Source of the DNA: a bacterium
Lineage (GTDB): Bacteria > SAR324 > XYD2-FULL-50-16 > G965216635
DNA: 64,000 nt
Direction of reading: 5' to 3'
NCBI GenBank assembly: GCA_965261475.1
Contig: OZ253454.1
Location: forward strand, 1,516,086 to 1,580,085
Part shown: one piece after another, positions 51,276 through 60,603 of the stretch
Position numbering within the stretch: the first letter of the stretch is position 1
How the letters are laid out: each line of letters begins with the position of its first letter
The notes under the pieces: model-generated
Told to the model about the DNA's origin: nothing
The model's input: only the letters and a program-made list of their open reading frames with translations
Database searches by the model: none
Translations under genes and position numbers: made by a program

Positions 51276-51611
51276 TTAAGTAAGTATTTTTTTTGCTTGA
51301 AAGCTTTTCTCGTATAATGCTTCTAAATTGTATTTTTCTCTAAAATCTATAGTCATAACATGTAGTATAGTATCTTTGTAGTCCATTAAAACCCAACTAC
51401 TTTCTTTATCTCCTTCTATGCTCAAAGGGAAAATATTTTTTTCTTTTAATTTTAATTTAACATTTTGACAAATGCCTTGTATATGCATTGTAGAGTTTGC
51501 TGAGACAATCATCATAAAATTTATTTCTGTGAGGCTAAGATGAATATCATATACCACAATATTAAATCCTTTAGTGTTGATTACAGGGTCACAGATTTTT
51601 TGATAAGTCAT
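51276..51611 (-). CDS. rsfS: ribosomal silencing factor RsfS
   Basis: 111 aa. It has FMMIVSANSTMHIQGI, SWVLMDYKDTILHVM and REKYNLEALY. Confidence 0.85.
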   Translation of the reverse strand: MTYQKICDPVINTKGFNIVVYDIHLSLTEINFMMIVSANSTMHIQGICQNVKLKLKEKNIFPLSIEGDKESSWVLMDYKDTILHVMTIDFREKYNLEALYEKSFQAKKILT

Positions 51612-51652
51612 TTTTATTTAAGCACAGGCTACAAAAATACTATTTCTAGCAA

Positions 51653-51958
51653 TTAAATTTTTTGCCAATCTGTAGCGCCACCGCGAATTACAAAAGAAGA
51701 TATTCCGCAAGAAGCAAAAATTTTTTGTGCTTCTATACTTCTTGTGGAGTCTTGGCAAAGTAGAAAAACGATATTTTCTGTATTAATTTGAGGAATGATT
51801 TTGCTGACTTGGGTAGCTGGAATCACTTGAAAAGGTTTGATAGGGTTTTTTTGTGATTCTTCTTTATCACGCAGGTCAAACAGATAACACTGTTTTTTTT
51901 GAGCAATCCATTCCTTCACATCAATAGGACTGACTTGTCCTTCTATAGAATCTATCAT
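51653..51958 (-). CDS. single-domain rhodanese-like sulfurtransferase
   Basis: 101 aa. It has LFDLRDKEE and the active-site loop CQDSTRS (CX4R). Confidence 0.7.
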   Translation of the reverse strand: MIDSIEGQVSPIDVKEWIAQKKQCYLFDLRDKEESQKNPIKPFQVIPATQVSKIIPQINTENIVFLLCQDSTRSIEAQKIFASCGISSFVIRGGATDWQKI

Positions 51959-52037
51959 TGTTTATATCTACTTTATAATTAAAAGATTTAGTACTCATAA
52001 AATAACTAGCACAATTTGAAAAAAGAATAAAAATTTT

Positions 52038-52991
52038 TTAAATGCTAGAGAATTGGTAAAATTTTTTTATGATTTCTCCTTTTGAGTTAAAAATTCTCAC
52101 TTCTGGCATTAAAAATACTTTGAAGTTTTTCCAAACTTTTTTTTGTATTTGTATAATGGCATTTTTAATGTCACTAAAGTTTGCATTATTTTTGTTTTCA
52201 AAAAAATTTGCGTGTTTTTTACTTACAATCAAACCACCAAAATTTTTTCCCTTAAATCCACATTTTTCTATTAGATCCGCAGCAAAATAATCTCGAGGGT
52301 TTTGAAACACACAGCCCCAAGTAGCAGCATAAATAGGTTGAGTTTGTTTTCTTTTTATCAAAATTGCTTGTTGTTGCTCCTGGATATTTGTTTCGTTTTG
52401 AGAGAAAAATTGGAAAAGTATTTTTGTGATGATTTCTGGCTGTTGCATAAAGCTAGAATAACGATAACCAAAAGTAATGTGCTCTTTTTTTCTTTGATGC
52501 AGCATCGCCTGAGAGTCAAAACTTATTACTTGCTGGATAATTTGCTGACATTCTTTGCTGTTTGCTCCCGCGTTCATAAAAACTAATCCTCCCACAGACG
52601 CTGGAATTCCTATCAAAAATTCTCCTCCTCCTAGAGATTTTTTTTTTAGTTGTTGTGAGAGTCTAGTTGCTGAAACTCCTGCACCTGCTAAAACTTGGTG
52701 GTTTGCGCAAAAAGTTATTTGTTTGAATTCTCCATCTAGCAACAGCAAAACTCCATCAAAACCATTATCTGTAAAAATACTATTAGAGCCTTTGCCTAGC
52801 ACTAGAAAAGGAGTAGAGTTTTCGTTACACAAGCGTAAGATTTTTTTTAACTCCTGAGAAGTAGAGATTTTTAATACAGCTCTTGCTGTAGCATTGCATT
52901 TGAAGGAAGTATAAGAGCTAAGAGAGACTTGAAAGACAGGTTTTTTTTCCCAAGTGGTTTGAGTTAAAAAGCTTTCCAATTTATTATTCAC
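52038..52991 (-). CDS. murB: UDP-N-acetylenolpyruvoylglucosamine reductase
   Basis: 317 aa. It has an FAD-binding domain (VLGKGSNSIF, GIPASVGGLVFMNAGA) and a C-terminal MurB domain (WGCVFQNP). Confidence 0.88.
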   Translation of the reverse strand: MNNKLESFLTQTTWEKKPVFQVSLSSYTSFKCNATARAVLKISTSQELKKILRLCNENSTPFLVLGKGSNSIFTDNGFDGVLLLLDGEFKQITFCANHQVLAGAGVSATRLSQQLKKKSLGGGEFLIGIPASVGGLVFMNAGANSKECQQIIQQVISFDSQAMLHQRKKEHITFGYRYSSFMQQPEIITKILFQFFSQNETNIQEQQQAILIKRKQTQPIYAATWGCVFQNPRDYFAADLIEKCGFKGKNFGGLIVSKKHANFFENKNNANFSDIKNAIIQIQKKVWKNFKVFLMPEVRIFNSKGEIIKKFYQFSSI

Positions 52992-53263
52992 TTCTTTACA
53001 TCTTTAGATGTTGGTAATTTTTTTAAGTCTTCTTTATATGCTGTGTACGAAAATTGTTTTTGTAACAAAGATTGAAAGTGTTTGGCAATTAGCTTTCCTA
53101 TCATTTGGCGAATTTTTTCGTTAGCAAAACCTGCTTTTTGCAATCTACTAATGGTAGCATTGACCTCTGGAGGCTCGTTATCTGTGATTTGTTTGTCTAT
53201 AACTTTTTGGATAGTTTGGTTGAGTTTAAGTAAAAGATCGTATTGAATTTTAGACGTACCCAT
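52988..53263 (-). CDS. hypothetical small protein (91 aa)
   Basis: The ATG at 53263 lies just downstream of tRNA-Glu, and the 3' end overlaps the murB start by 4 nt. The longer track ORF runs through two tRNA genes and is rejected. Confidence 0.4.
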   Translation of the reverse strand: MGTSKIQYDLLLKLNQTIQKVIDKQITDNEPPEVNATISRLQKAGFANEKIRQMIGKLIAKHFQSLLQKQFSYTAYKEDLKKLPTSKDVKK

Positions 53264-53277
53264 ATTTGCATTAAATG

Positions 53278-53351
53278 TATCCCCAAGGGGATTCGAACCC
53301 CTGTTGCCGCCGTGAAAGGGCGATGTCCTAGGCCGACTAGACGATGGGGAC
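53278..53351 (-). tRNA. trnE: tRNA-Glu (anticodon UUC)
   Basis: The reverse complement reads GTCCCCATCGTCTAGTCGGCCTAGGACATCGCCCTTTCACGGCGGCAACAGGGGTTCGAATCCCCTTGGGGATA. The cloverleaf pairs, with a G1-U72 wobble. Confidence 0.9.
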
Positions 53352-53412
53352 ATTATAAATAATATTGTTATGTGAGTATTTACTTCCTCAAAGATTCTTA
53401 AATTAGTTCTTT

Positions 53413-53486
53413 TGAGTCGGAGGGGGCTCGAACCCCTGACCACTTGATTAAAAGTCAAGTGCTCTACCAAACTGAGCTACCGACCC
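53413..53486 (-). tRNA. trnK: tRNA-Lys (anticodon UUU)
   Basis: The reverse complement reads GGGTCGGTAGCTCAGTTTGGTAGAGCACTTGACTTTTAATCAAGTGGTCAGGGGTTCGAGCCCCCTCCGACTCA. The cloverleaf pairs. Confidence 0.9.
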
Positions 53487-53678
53487 ACTAACCAAAATAC
53501 AAGATATTTATTTTATTTACAATTATTTTTTAAGGTTTATTGCAATATTTATAGTCAAAATTTATAGTAGATATTCTAAAATAGAGAAAAATAAATATAC
53601 GGTTTATCTTGTTTTCTCTTCTAGAAAATTTTATTCTTGATACCGAACAGATGACATTATTTTAAAATAGCGAGTACT

Positions 53679-54083
53679 ATGCGTAATTATACAGTGGCTT
53701 TTCACGATAATTTAAATGAAAGCGAGCTCCAAGCACTTACTAGAGCTATTAGTCTTTTCAAAGGCGTAGTAAGTGTCACTTGTGCTAGTGGCAATGCTAA
53801 TAGCGAGTTGTTAGATATGAATTTTGCTGCGCCTAATTTACAAACACCTCCTAGTCATGCACCTAGTTTGGGGGCAGCGCAAGCTATTACCCCACAAAAC
53901 ACCTCTAATCAAGCGGAATCTCAAAAACAAATTATTAGTAAGATTATAAAATGGGGAGTGCACCAGAAAAAAGTTTCTTTAGAGCAGCTACACACTTCTT
54001 CGGCAGAAGGAACTATAGAGATGGCTAAAAAACTCATAGAGATTATGCCTAACGAAGTAAGAGAAAAGATTTTAAAAAGTTAA
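53679..54083 (+). CDS. hypothetical protein
   Basis: 134-aa ORF that abuts the downstream HAD gene, with 1 nt between them. No motif recognised. Confidence 0.45.
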   Translation: MRNYTVAFHDNLNESELQALTRAISLFKGVVSVTCASGNANSELLDMNFAAPNLQTPPSHAPSLGAAQAITPQNTSNQAESQKQIISKIIKWGVHQKKVSLEQLHTSSAEGTIEMAKKLIEIMPNEVREKILKS

Positions 54084-54084
54084 G

Positions 54085-54873
54085 ATGAATTGGAAAATAA
54101 TATTTTTTGATTTGGATGGAACTTTAGTTAACAAAGATTTTTTTTTAACCAAACAAGTTTTAGCGGGCGTCAAAGAAATACGCAAACTAGGTTTGAGAGT
54201 ATCTGTTGCTACTGGTAGGAGTCAAGAAAGTGCTAGAAAATTTTTAGAAGCATTAGAAATTGAAGAAAATGTAGTCGTACATAACGGCGCAGTAGTTATT
54301 GATAAAAAGTTTAGACCTCAAGTGGTAGAGACTCTTGACACTCAACTTATTGCAGAGTTAGTTGATTTTCACTCTCAATACCCTTTGTCTTTTAAAATTC
54401 ATTTTTCAGATTGTAGGATTATTAAGTCGACAAAAAAATCGTGGGCAGGGGAAGGGGTGCATTTTGAGGAAGGTCAGGTTATAGAAGACTTGAGAGGGCT
54501 TGAGTTTAAGGGTGCGGTGAAAGTTGTTTTTTGTGAAGAAGCGCAAAAAATAAATAAATTAAAAAATTCTCTAGAGTTTAAAATGAAAGTCAGATTCTTA
54601 AAGACTCATATGAATACTATAGAACTTCTCCCTACAAACGTGAATAAAGCAAGAGGTATCGCTAAAATTTTAGAAGCAGAAGATTTTGGAATGGAGCAAG
54701 TCATTGCGGTAGGTGATAATGAAAATGATAAGGAGATGATACAAAGAGCAGGTATAGGAATTTCTACTGGGGACGAGTTTCCTTTGTTACAAGAAATTAG
54801 CAGGTATCATTTTGCTAATTTATCTGTGGGCGGAATGACAGAGCTAGTAGGTTGTTTAGCAAGATTAAGGTAA
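54085..54873 (+). CDS. Cof-type HAD-IIB phosphatase
   Basis: It has motif I IFFDLDGTL, motif II ATGR and motif IV GDNENDKEM. Confidence 0.85.
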   Translation: MNWKIIFFDLDGTLVNKDFFLTKQVLAGVKEIRKLGLRVSVATGRSQESARKFLEALEIEENVVVHNGAVVIDKKFRPQVVETLDTQLIAELVDFHSQYPLSFKIHFSDCRIIKSTKKSWAGEGVHFEEGQVIEDLRGLEFKGAVKVVFCEEAQKINKLKNSLEFKMKVRFLKTHMNTIELLPTNVNKARGIAKILEAEDFGMEQVIAVGDNENDKEMIQRAGIGISTGDEFPLLQEISRYHFANLSVGGMTELVGCLARLR

Positions 54874-57230
54874 CTATTAGTAATATTTTGCTCTTGCTTT
54901 GTTAAATCATCGTCTTTTACAATTTGTGGCATTCTTGCTAGTGCAATCTCTAAAATCTCCCAGATGTTATTTTTGCAGTGTATTTTTAAATTTTGTAGAA
55001 TTTCTGCTGGAATATCTGCTAAATCTTTTTCGTTTTCTAAAGGTATAATAACATCGGTGATACCAGCTCTTTTTGCTGCTAAAAGTTTTTGGTGTAAGCC
55101 TCCAATAGCCAGCACTCTCCCCCTGAGAGAGATTTCTCCTGTCATAGCTACTGTGTTGTAGAGTGCAATACCTGTAAGGTTAGAGACCAAAGCTGCAATT
55201 AAAGTTACTCCCGCAGACGGACCATCTTTAGGCGTAGCTCCTTCTGGTATGTGAATATGAATATCTATTTCTTGAAAAATATTAGAATAAATTCCTAAAT
55301 TATTGGCGTTGCTTTTTACAAAACTCAAAGCAGCTTTAGCCGACTCTTGCATAATTTCTCCTAGTTGACCAGTTAATTGAATATTAGCTTTTCCTTTCAT
55401 ACAAGAAACTTCAATCAAAATCAAATCTCCTCCGTAATTAGTCCAAGCTAGTCCGGTTGCAACTCCTACGAGGTTGGTTTTATTTTTATTACCGTAAGAA
55501 TATTGTGGTACTCCTAAGTAATCTTTCAAATTTTCACTACGAATAGTAACCTTTTGTTTTGTTTGTTTAGTAGTCACAAAAGTTTTGATTATTTTGCGAC
55601 AAATTTTTGCTAGGTTTCTTTCTAATTCTCTAATTCCCGATTCTCTAGTGTAGCATTGAATAATTTTCAAAATACTATCTATCTCAATGTTGATTTGTTT
55701 GGGAGTTAGTCCGTGCTCTTTAGCAATTTTTGGCAAAAGATGTTTTTTAAAAATATGGGTTTTTTCTAATTCTGTATAACCGTTTAGAGCAATAAGCTCC
55801 ATTCTATCTAATAAGGGGGTTGGTATTTGCGTAGTATTGTTTGCCGTACAGAAAAATAACACTTTTGAAAGATCGTATTCTAAATCTAGATAGTGGTCCA
55901 TAAAACTATGATTTTGCTCTCTATCTAAAACTTCTAGCAAGGCAGCAGCAGGGCTACCCATTTGACTTATAGTAGTTTTGTCTATTTCATCTAGTAGAAT
56001 TAGAGGGTTGATAGTTTTTGCCTTTTTCATTGCTTGAATGATTTTTCCGGGCATAGCTCCTATGTAAGTGCGGCGGTGTCCACGAATCTCTGCTTCATCA
56101 CGTACGCCTCCTAAGCTAATACGACAAAATTCTCTACCTAAAGATTCTGCGATTGTTTTTGCTAGAGAGCTTTTACCTACTCCCGGCGGTCCTACTAGAC
56201 AAAGTATTGGTCCTCGTAGCTCACCTACTACTTTGATAACAGCGATAAATTCTAAAATTCTTTCTTTGATTTTAGCTAACCCGTAATGGTTACGATTGAG
56301 AATAGTAGTTGCTTTTTTTAAACTAAAACTCTCTTTGCTTTTTGCATGCCAAGGAATTTTGAAAATCCAATCAATATAATTTTTGATAATGCTACCCTCG
56401 GCGTTAAAACCCATTGTAGTATTTAATTTTTCTACCTCTTCTAAAACTACTGCTGCTACATTCTCAGGAAGGTTTGCTGCTTTAATTTTTTTGATGTAAG
56501 GATTTTCTTTATTTTCTAAAACTTCTTCTCCTAAAATTTTAATTTGATCTTGTGAGTAAAGTTTTTTATTCTTTATTGAGTCTTGTGTACTTAAATTTTT
56601 ACTAGTTTGTTGTTTTAGTTTTTCTTTTTTTTCTGTTGCTAATAAAATTTTAAAAAATAGCTGAATACGCTTGAGAGTATTTATCTCCTCTAATAATTGT
56701 TGTTTAGCTTGGAGCGCGATATTTAAGGTAGAGGCAAAAAAATCGCAAAAAAGTGCAGGTTGTTTGGCTAATGTTTGAATAATTTTTTTAAAATCGTTAT
56801 TTTTTGTTAGATTATTATAAAATCTTTTACAAATTATTTGCGTTAACTCTAGAGTTTGTGAGGTAAATTCTTCTTTACTTGTTAGTAACTGGACTTCTGC
56901 ACTATAGTGATCCTGTAATAAAACGACTTTTTTAATTTTTACTCTTTGGTGTGCTTCGAATAAAATTTTGACTTTGTTATGAGGCAATTTTACTATTTGT
57001 AAAATTTTACCTAAAGTCCCTACAGTGTAAAGGCTAGAAACTAGAGGCTTTTGAGCTTGCCTAGTTTTTTGAGCAACCACGACTATCTTGTTATCGGATG
57101 TCAAGCATTTTTCTACTGCCGCCAAGGTTAACTCTCTTCCTATGTAGAGAGTAGCAGTAATTCCAGGAAAAATAACTACTTCTCTGAGAGGAGCTAGCGG
57201 ACAAACTAGCAGTTTTTGTTTCTTATTCAT
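54807..57230 (-). CDS. lon: ATP-dependent Lon protease (LonA)
   Basis: 807 aa. It has an N-terminal LON domain, Walker A GPPGVGKSS, Walker B LLDEIDK and the catalytic serine in PKDGPSAG. Confidence 0.95.
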   Translation of the reverse strand: MNKKQKLLVCPLAPLREVVIFPGITATLYIGRELTLAAVEKCLTSDNKIVVVAQKTRQAQKPLVSSLYTVGTLGKILQIVKLPHNKVKILFEAHQRVKIKKVVLLQDHYSAEVQLLTSKEEFTSQTLELTQIICKRFYNNLTKNNDFKKIIQTLAKQPALFCDFFASTLNIALQAKQQLLEEINTLKRIQLFFKILLATEKKEKLKQQTSKNLSTQDSIKNKKLYSQDQIKILGEEVLENKENPYIKKIKAANLPENVAAVVLEEVEKLNTTMGFNAEGSIIKNYIDWIFKIPWHAKSKESFSLKKATTILNRNHYGLAKIKERILEFIAVIKVVGELRGPILCLVGPPGVGKSSLAKTIAESLGREFCRISLGGVRDEAEIRGHRRTYIGAMPGKIIQAMKKAKTINPLILLDEIDKTTISQMGSPAAALLEVLDREQNHSFMDHYLDLEYDLSKVLFFCTANNTTQIPTPLLDRMELIALNGYTELEKTHIFKKHLLPKIAKEHGLTPKQINIEIDSILKIIQCYTRESGIRELERNLAKICRKIIKTFVTTKQTKQKVTIRSENLKDYLGVPQYSYGNKNKTNLVGVATGLAWTNYGGDLILIEVSCMKGKANIQLTGQLGEIMQESAKAALSFVKSNANNLGIYSNIFQEIDIHIHIPEGATPKDGPSAGVTLIAALVSNLTGIALYNTVAMTGEISLRGRVLAIGGLHQKLLAAKRAGITDVIIPLENEKDLADIPAEILQNLKIHCKNNIWEILEIALARMPQIVKDDDLTKQEQNITNSYLNLAKQPTSSVIPPTDKLAK

Positions 57231-57282
57231 AAGTACTACCTAACGGTTAGGTTACGCAAAAAACGCTTAAAAATCAATCAAT

Positions 57283-57774
57283 TTAAAAATGACGACAAAA
57301 TACCTGTTTTCTAGCAATTTTATCAAAAATATTCTGCGTGGTTATTTTTAAACAAAAAGCGTCACTATTGTCTATGACCTTGTATGTAAATTCGCTTACT
57401 TGTTTTAAAATAGAAGTAAATCTCTTTTCGTTATTGACCTTTTTTCTAATCTCTTTTGTAGATTTTTTGTAATGGTAAGAGGTTATTTTTTCGTGAAAGT
57501 CATTTGTGTTGTAACTCCATTCCCAGCGTTTGAATTGCAAGTTTTTTGCTATTTTGATTTTAGATTGATGATCTAAAGCAGAAGCAAAGAAGTCATCTTC
57601 TAATTGTAAAAAAAATAAAATATACTGTTCTTGAAAGCCTAGTCTAGCTTGGAGTTTGTTTAGTAATCTGTTGTAGTTAGGAAAACTAGTAGTGACAATC
57701 GCAAGTAATAGGCTAGATACAAAAAGAGCAACAACTGTATCTATAAGTGTAAAACCTCCGTTAAAATTTTTCAT
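57283..57774 (-). CDS. minor pseudopilin, GspJ/PilW-like
   Basis: It has a prepilin-type N-terminus, NGGFTLIDTVVALFVSSLLLAIV, with Asp at +5. The start is set at MKNFNGG. Confidence 0.55.
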   Translation of the reverse strand: MKNFNGGFTLIDTVVALFVSSLLLAIVTTSFPNYNRLLNKLQARLGFQEQYILFFLQLEDDFFASALDHQSKIKIAKNLQFKRWEWSYNTNDFHEKITSYHYKKSTKEIRKKVNNEKRFTSILKQVSEFTYKVIDNSDAFCLKITTQNIFDKIARKQVFCRHF

Positions 57775-58087
57775 ATTTATACCAAATAAAAATTTTTCCA
57801 TCTGGAAATTGAATTTGAAACTGAGAGCAAGCTAGCTGAGGGTGGTTGGTAGTGCATTTTGCATTTTTTTTCCATTTGATAGATGCGGGCAACGGTTTAG
57901 TTATTGGCAATAAATTTATTCCAGAAAAAAAATTTTGTGTTTTTTGTAAAATAACTTCATTAGCAAAAAACAAAGATTGCGAAGATCTTGCTACGAATTG
58001 GTGAATAAGTAGCAAACTTAAAGATAAAAATATACTAGCTACAGCAGTTTCTAACAGACTAAAGCCAAAGATTTTATTGTTTTTCAT
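57761..58087 (-). CDS. minor pseudopilin, GspI/PilV-like
   Basis: 108 aa with the canonical prepilin motif KIFGFSLLETAVASIFL. Confidence 0.6.
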   Translation of the reverse strand: MKNNKIFGFSLLETAVASIFLSLSLLLIHQFVARSSQSLFFANEVILQKTQNFFSGINLLPITKPLPASIKWKKNAKCTTNHPQLACSQFQIQFPDGKIFIWYKYEKF

Positions 58088-58094
58088 TATTTAT

Positions 58095-58526
58095 TTATCC
58101 GTTTTCAAACCTTATCCTTCCAGTAGATGCAATAATAATACGTCTAGTGTAAGCTCCATTAGTAATAAAAATACTTAAAAAACTTACTCTGCCGCTTGGA
58201 TAAAAATAAATTTTGTGACTAGCATTGATAAAATAGGTATAATTTGCATTGTAGTTAATTTTATACGAGCTTGGGGGAGAATCTTTGAGTACATTCCAAG
58301 TATGCCCATCAAACCAAGCTGTGTATTTTGTTTGTTGCAAGATAGCCTGCGAGCGTAAAAAGTGAATTTGACTAGCAATTTTTTCTGCAACTAGAGCTAC
58401 TTGTTTTTTTTGATAGTAGGGACGAAAAGAGCTATAGGAGATAGCAAATATTACACTCACTATTAAAAGTATAATGCCTACTTCTAAAAAAGAGAAGGCT
58501 AATTGTTTTTGTTGTGGCTTTTCCAT
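58095..58526 (-). CDS. pseudopilin, GspH/FimT-like
   Basis: 143 aa. The N-terminus is QLAFSFLEVGIILLIV, with Ala at -1. The body pattern is ...FLRSQAI...W... and the C-terminus is TGRIRF. Confidence 0.6.
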   Translation of the reverse strand: MEKPQQKQLAFSFLEVGIILLIVSVIFAISYSSFRPYYQKKQVALVAEKIASQIHFLRSQAILQQTKYTAWFDGHTWNVLKDSPPSSYKINYNANYTYFINASHKIYFYPSGRVSFLSIFITNGAYTRRIIIASTGRIRFENG

Positions 58527-58597
58527 ATAATCAATAGCATAACCCTTGTAAGTAAAAAAATGTATTTTTTAGACGCTAGATATTTTAAATTTATAAA

Positions 58598-60247
58598 ATG
58601 AATAAAAAGTTATTGTTGATCTTTTTATTAGTATGCTGGACTACGGCTTTGATAAGTAATGAAAACTCTTATAAAGCTGCGAGTGACAATTTTTATCGTC
58701 TTTTTGAGGATGAAAGTTTTTACAAATATGAACATAACTGGACTAACACCATCAAACAATTTAAAAATATTTATCAAACTGCTCCTCATTCTATTCAAGC
58801 TACAAAATCTCTTTATAATATAGGCAATCTTTATGCTTCGCTTTACTTGTGGAATAAGAAGCTAGAGCACTTACAAAATAGTAGTAAGTTTTTTGAAAAA
58901 TTATACCAAAAATATCCTAAGAGTTATCTAGCTGACGATGCACTTTTTTTGATTGCGAGTAATTACCAAAAAACAAATCGTCATTTACAAAAGAGCTATT
59001 TACAAAAACTGCTAACAGAATACCCCAAAAGCGCTTTTACTAAAGAAGCTAAAGCTAAACTTAAAATAATAGCCACTGAGAATTCTGCTCAAAATACCAA
59101 AAGCCTGAAAATTTCAGGAGTTAGTAAAAAAACTTCTTTGCCTATAGTTAAAGCTAAAATCAAAGATTTAGACTATTTTACAACTGCTAGCTGGACGAGG
59201 GTGATTTTAACCCTAGATCAAAAATTACCTTACAAATACCAAGCATTGAGAGCAGATGAAAATTTAGAAATACCGCCTAGGTTTTATATTGATGTTGTAG
59301 GTGGAATATTACCAAAAAATTTTTTTAGAAAAAAAGTAACAAATAACGGCATTATTCGTAGTTTGCGGATTTCTCAGTTTGATCCACAGACCACTCGCTT
59401 AGTGCTAGACCTTTATACACTAACAGAGATAAAAGTATTTTCTACTGAATTAGGCGATGATCATAAAATCATCATAGATATTTTTGGACAAGAAAATAAA
59501 CCAGAATGGGAAAATATTTTAAGTGAGTTAGATTTAACAAAATCGGCTAATAAAATAAATTTAAAAAATGCTTTAGGATTAAAGGTTAACCGAATTATTT
59601 TAGACCCTGGACACGGTGGTAAAGATCCAGGGGCAGTGTATGGAAAAAATTATTACGAAAAATCTATTGTTTTAAAAATAGCACAAATTTTAAGAAAAGA
59701 AATTAACAAATCTTTACCAAACACTCAAGTATTGCTTACACGGAATGATGATAGTGCAGTAGCATTAGAAAGAAGATCTGCCTTTGCTAACGCTAAAAAA
59801 GGTGATTTATTTATTAGTATTCATGTTAATTCTTTTACTAATCGGCAAGTTAGTGGAGTAGAAACCTACTACTTAAATCTAACTACAAATCAAAGAACAT
59901 TAACTCTATCAGCTAGGGAAAATAGCACTACTGAAAAAAATGTTGGTGATTTACAAGCTATTCTAAGTGAGTTGATCAATCATACTAAAATACCAGAATC
60001 AAAAAAGTTAGCACAGATGGTGCAAAGCTCTTTAGTTAGTGGTTTATCAATTTACAAAGTAAAAAATTTAGGAGTAAAAAAAGCTCCTTTCATTGTGCTC
60101 ATAGGAACACAAATGCCTAGTATTTTAGTAGAAGTGGGCTTTATCTCTAATAAGCAAGAAAGAAGCTTGCTTTCTCAAACAGTTTATTTGCAAAGAATAG
60201 CAAAAGGGATAAAGCAAGGCATAGTAAAATATATTCAAAATATTTAA
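58598..60247 (+). CDS. amiC: N-acetylmuramoyl-L-alanine amidase with TPR-like and AMIN domains (AmiC-like)
   Basis: It has a signal peptide and an AMIN-like segment (TRVILTLDQ..., TRLVLDL). The Amidase_3 domain has LDPGHGGKDPGA, ISIHVNS and PSILVEVGFISN. Confidence 0.85.
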   Translation: MNKKLLLIFLLVCWTTALISNENSYKAASDNFYRLFEDESFYKYEHNWTNTIKQFKNIYQTAPHSIQATKSLYNIGNLYASLYLWNKKLEHLQNSSKFFEKLYQKYPKSYLADDALFLIASNYQKTNRHLQKSYLQKLLTEYPKSAFTKEAKAKLKIIATENSAQNTKSLKISGVSKKTSLPIVKAKIKDLDYFTTASWTRVILTLDQKLPYKYQALRADENLEIPPRFYIDVVGGILPKNFFRKKVTNNGIIRSLRISQFDPQTTRLVLDLYTLTEIKVFSTELGDDHKIIIDIFGQENKPEWENILSELDLTKSANKINLKNALGLKVNRIILDPGHGGKDPGAVYGKNYYEKSIVLKIAQILRKEINKSLPNTQVLLTRNDDSAVALERRSAFANAKKGDLFISIHVNSFTNRQVSGVETYYLNLTTNQRTLTLSARENSTTEKNVGDLQAILSELINHTKIPESKKLAQMVQSSLVSGLSIYKVKNLGVKKAPFIVLIGTQMPSILVEVGFISNKQERSLLSQTVYLQRIAKGIKQGIVKYIQNI

Positions 60248-60603
60248 GCTAATTCTTCAAAAATTATAAAAATAAGTAGTTTTGTAATAACTAACTACAG
60301 GTTTAGTGGGTAGCAAATATTATTCTAGCTGGCGCCTGCTATTCTCCACTAGAGCTAGTGTTTGCTGATTTATATACCAGAGGTAAAGTCTAAACAAAAT
60401 ACTAACTCAGCAAAAGCGAAACTCTTACGATTAAGTTAGCGGTAATTTTTATACGATAATTTGTAATTCAAAATGATTTTTACGACTACAATCTATAATT
60501 ATCAAAAATATCTGCTAGTATTACAAAATTATTAAAAGGTTGATTTTGTGAATCAATAGGTAGTAAAGTAAAAGACTCGCTTTATATTTTTTAAAATTTG
60601 TTT

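Noticed and set aside
53264-53470. The N-terminal 69 residues of the 160-aa track ORF 52988..53470.
   Set aside because: This part runs antisense-free straight through tRNA-Glu and tRNA-Lys on the same strand. Peptide strings such as GSSPLRL and GGNRGSNPLG are typical translated-tRNA artefacts. Only the portion from the ATG at 53263 is kept, and with low confidence.
54807-54873. A 67-nt convergent 3' overlap between the HAD phosphatase and lon coding regions.
   Set aside because: Both ends are fixed by stop codons, so the overlap is real at ORF level. The overlapped Lon tail is non-conserved and low-complexity, and convergent overlaps occur in compact genomes. There is no evidence of special function.
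60326-60345. TGGCGC...CTGCT upstream of the repeat-protein gene, as a possible sigma-54 (-24/-12) promoter given rpoN in the window.
   Set aside because: The GG-to-GC spacing does not fit the TGGCAC-N5-TTGC geometry when counted. I found no other convincing -24/-12 element by eye.
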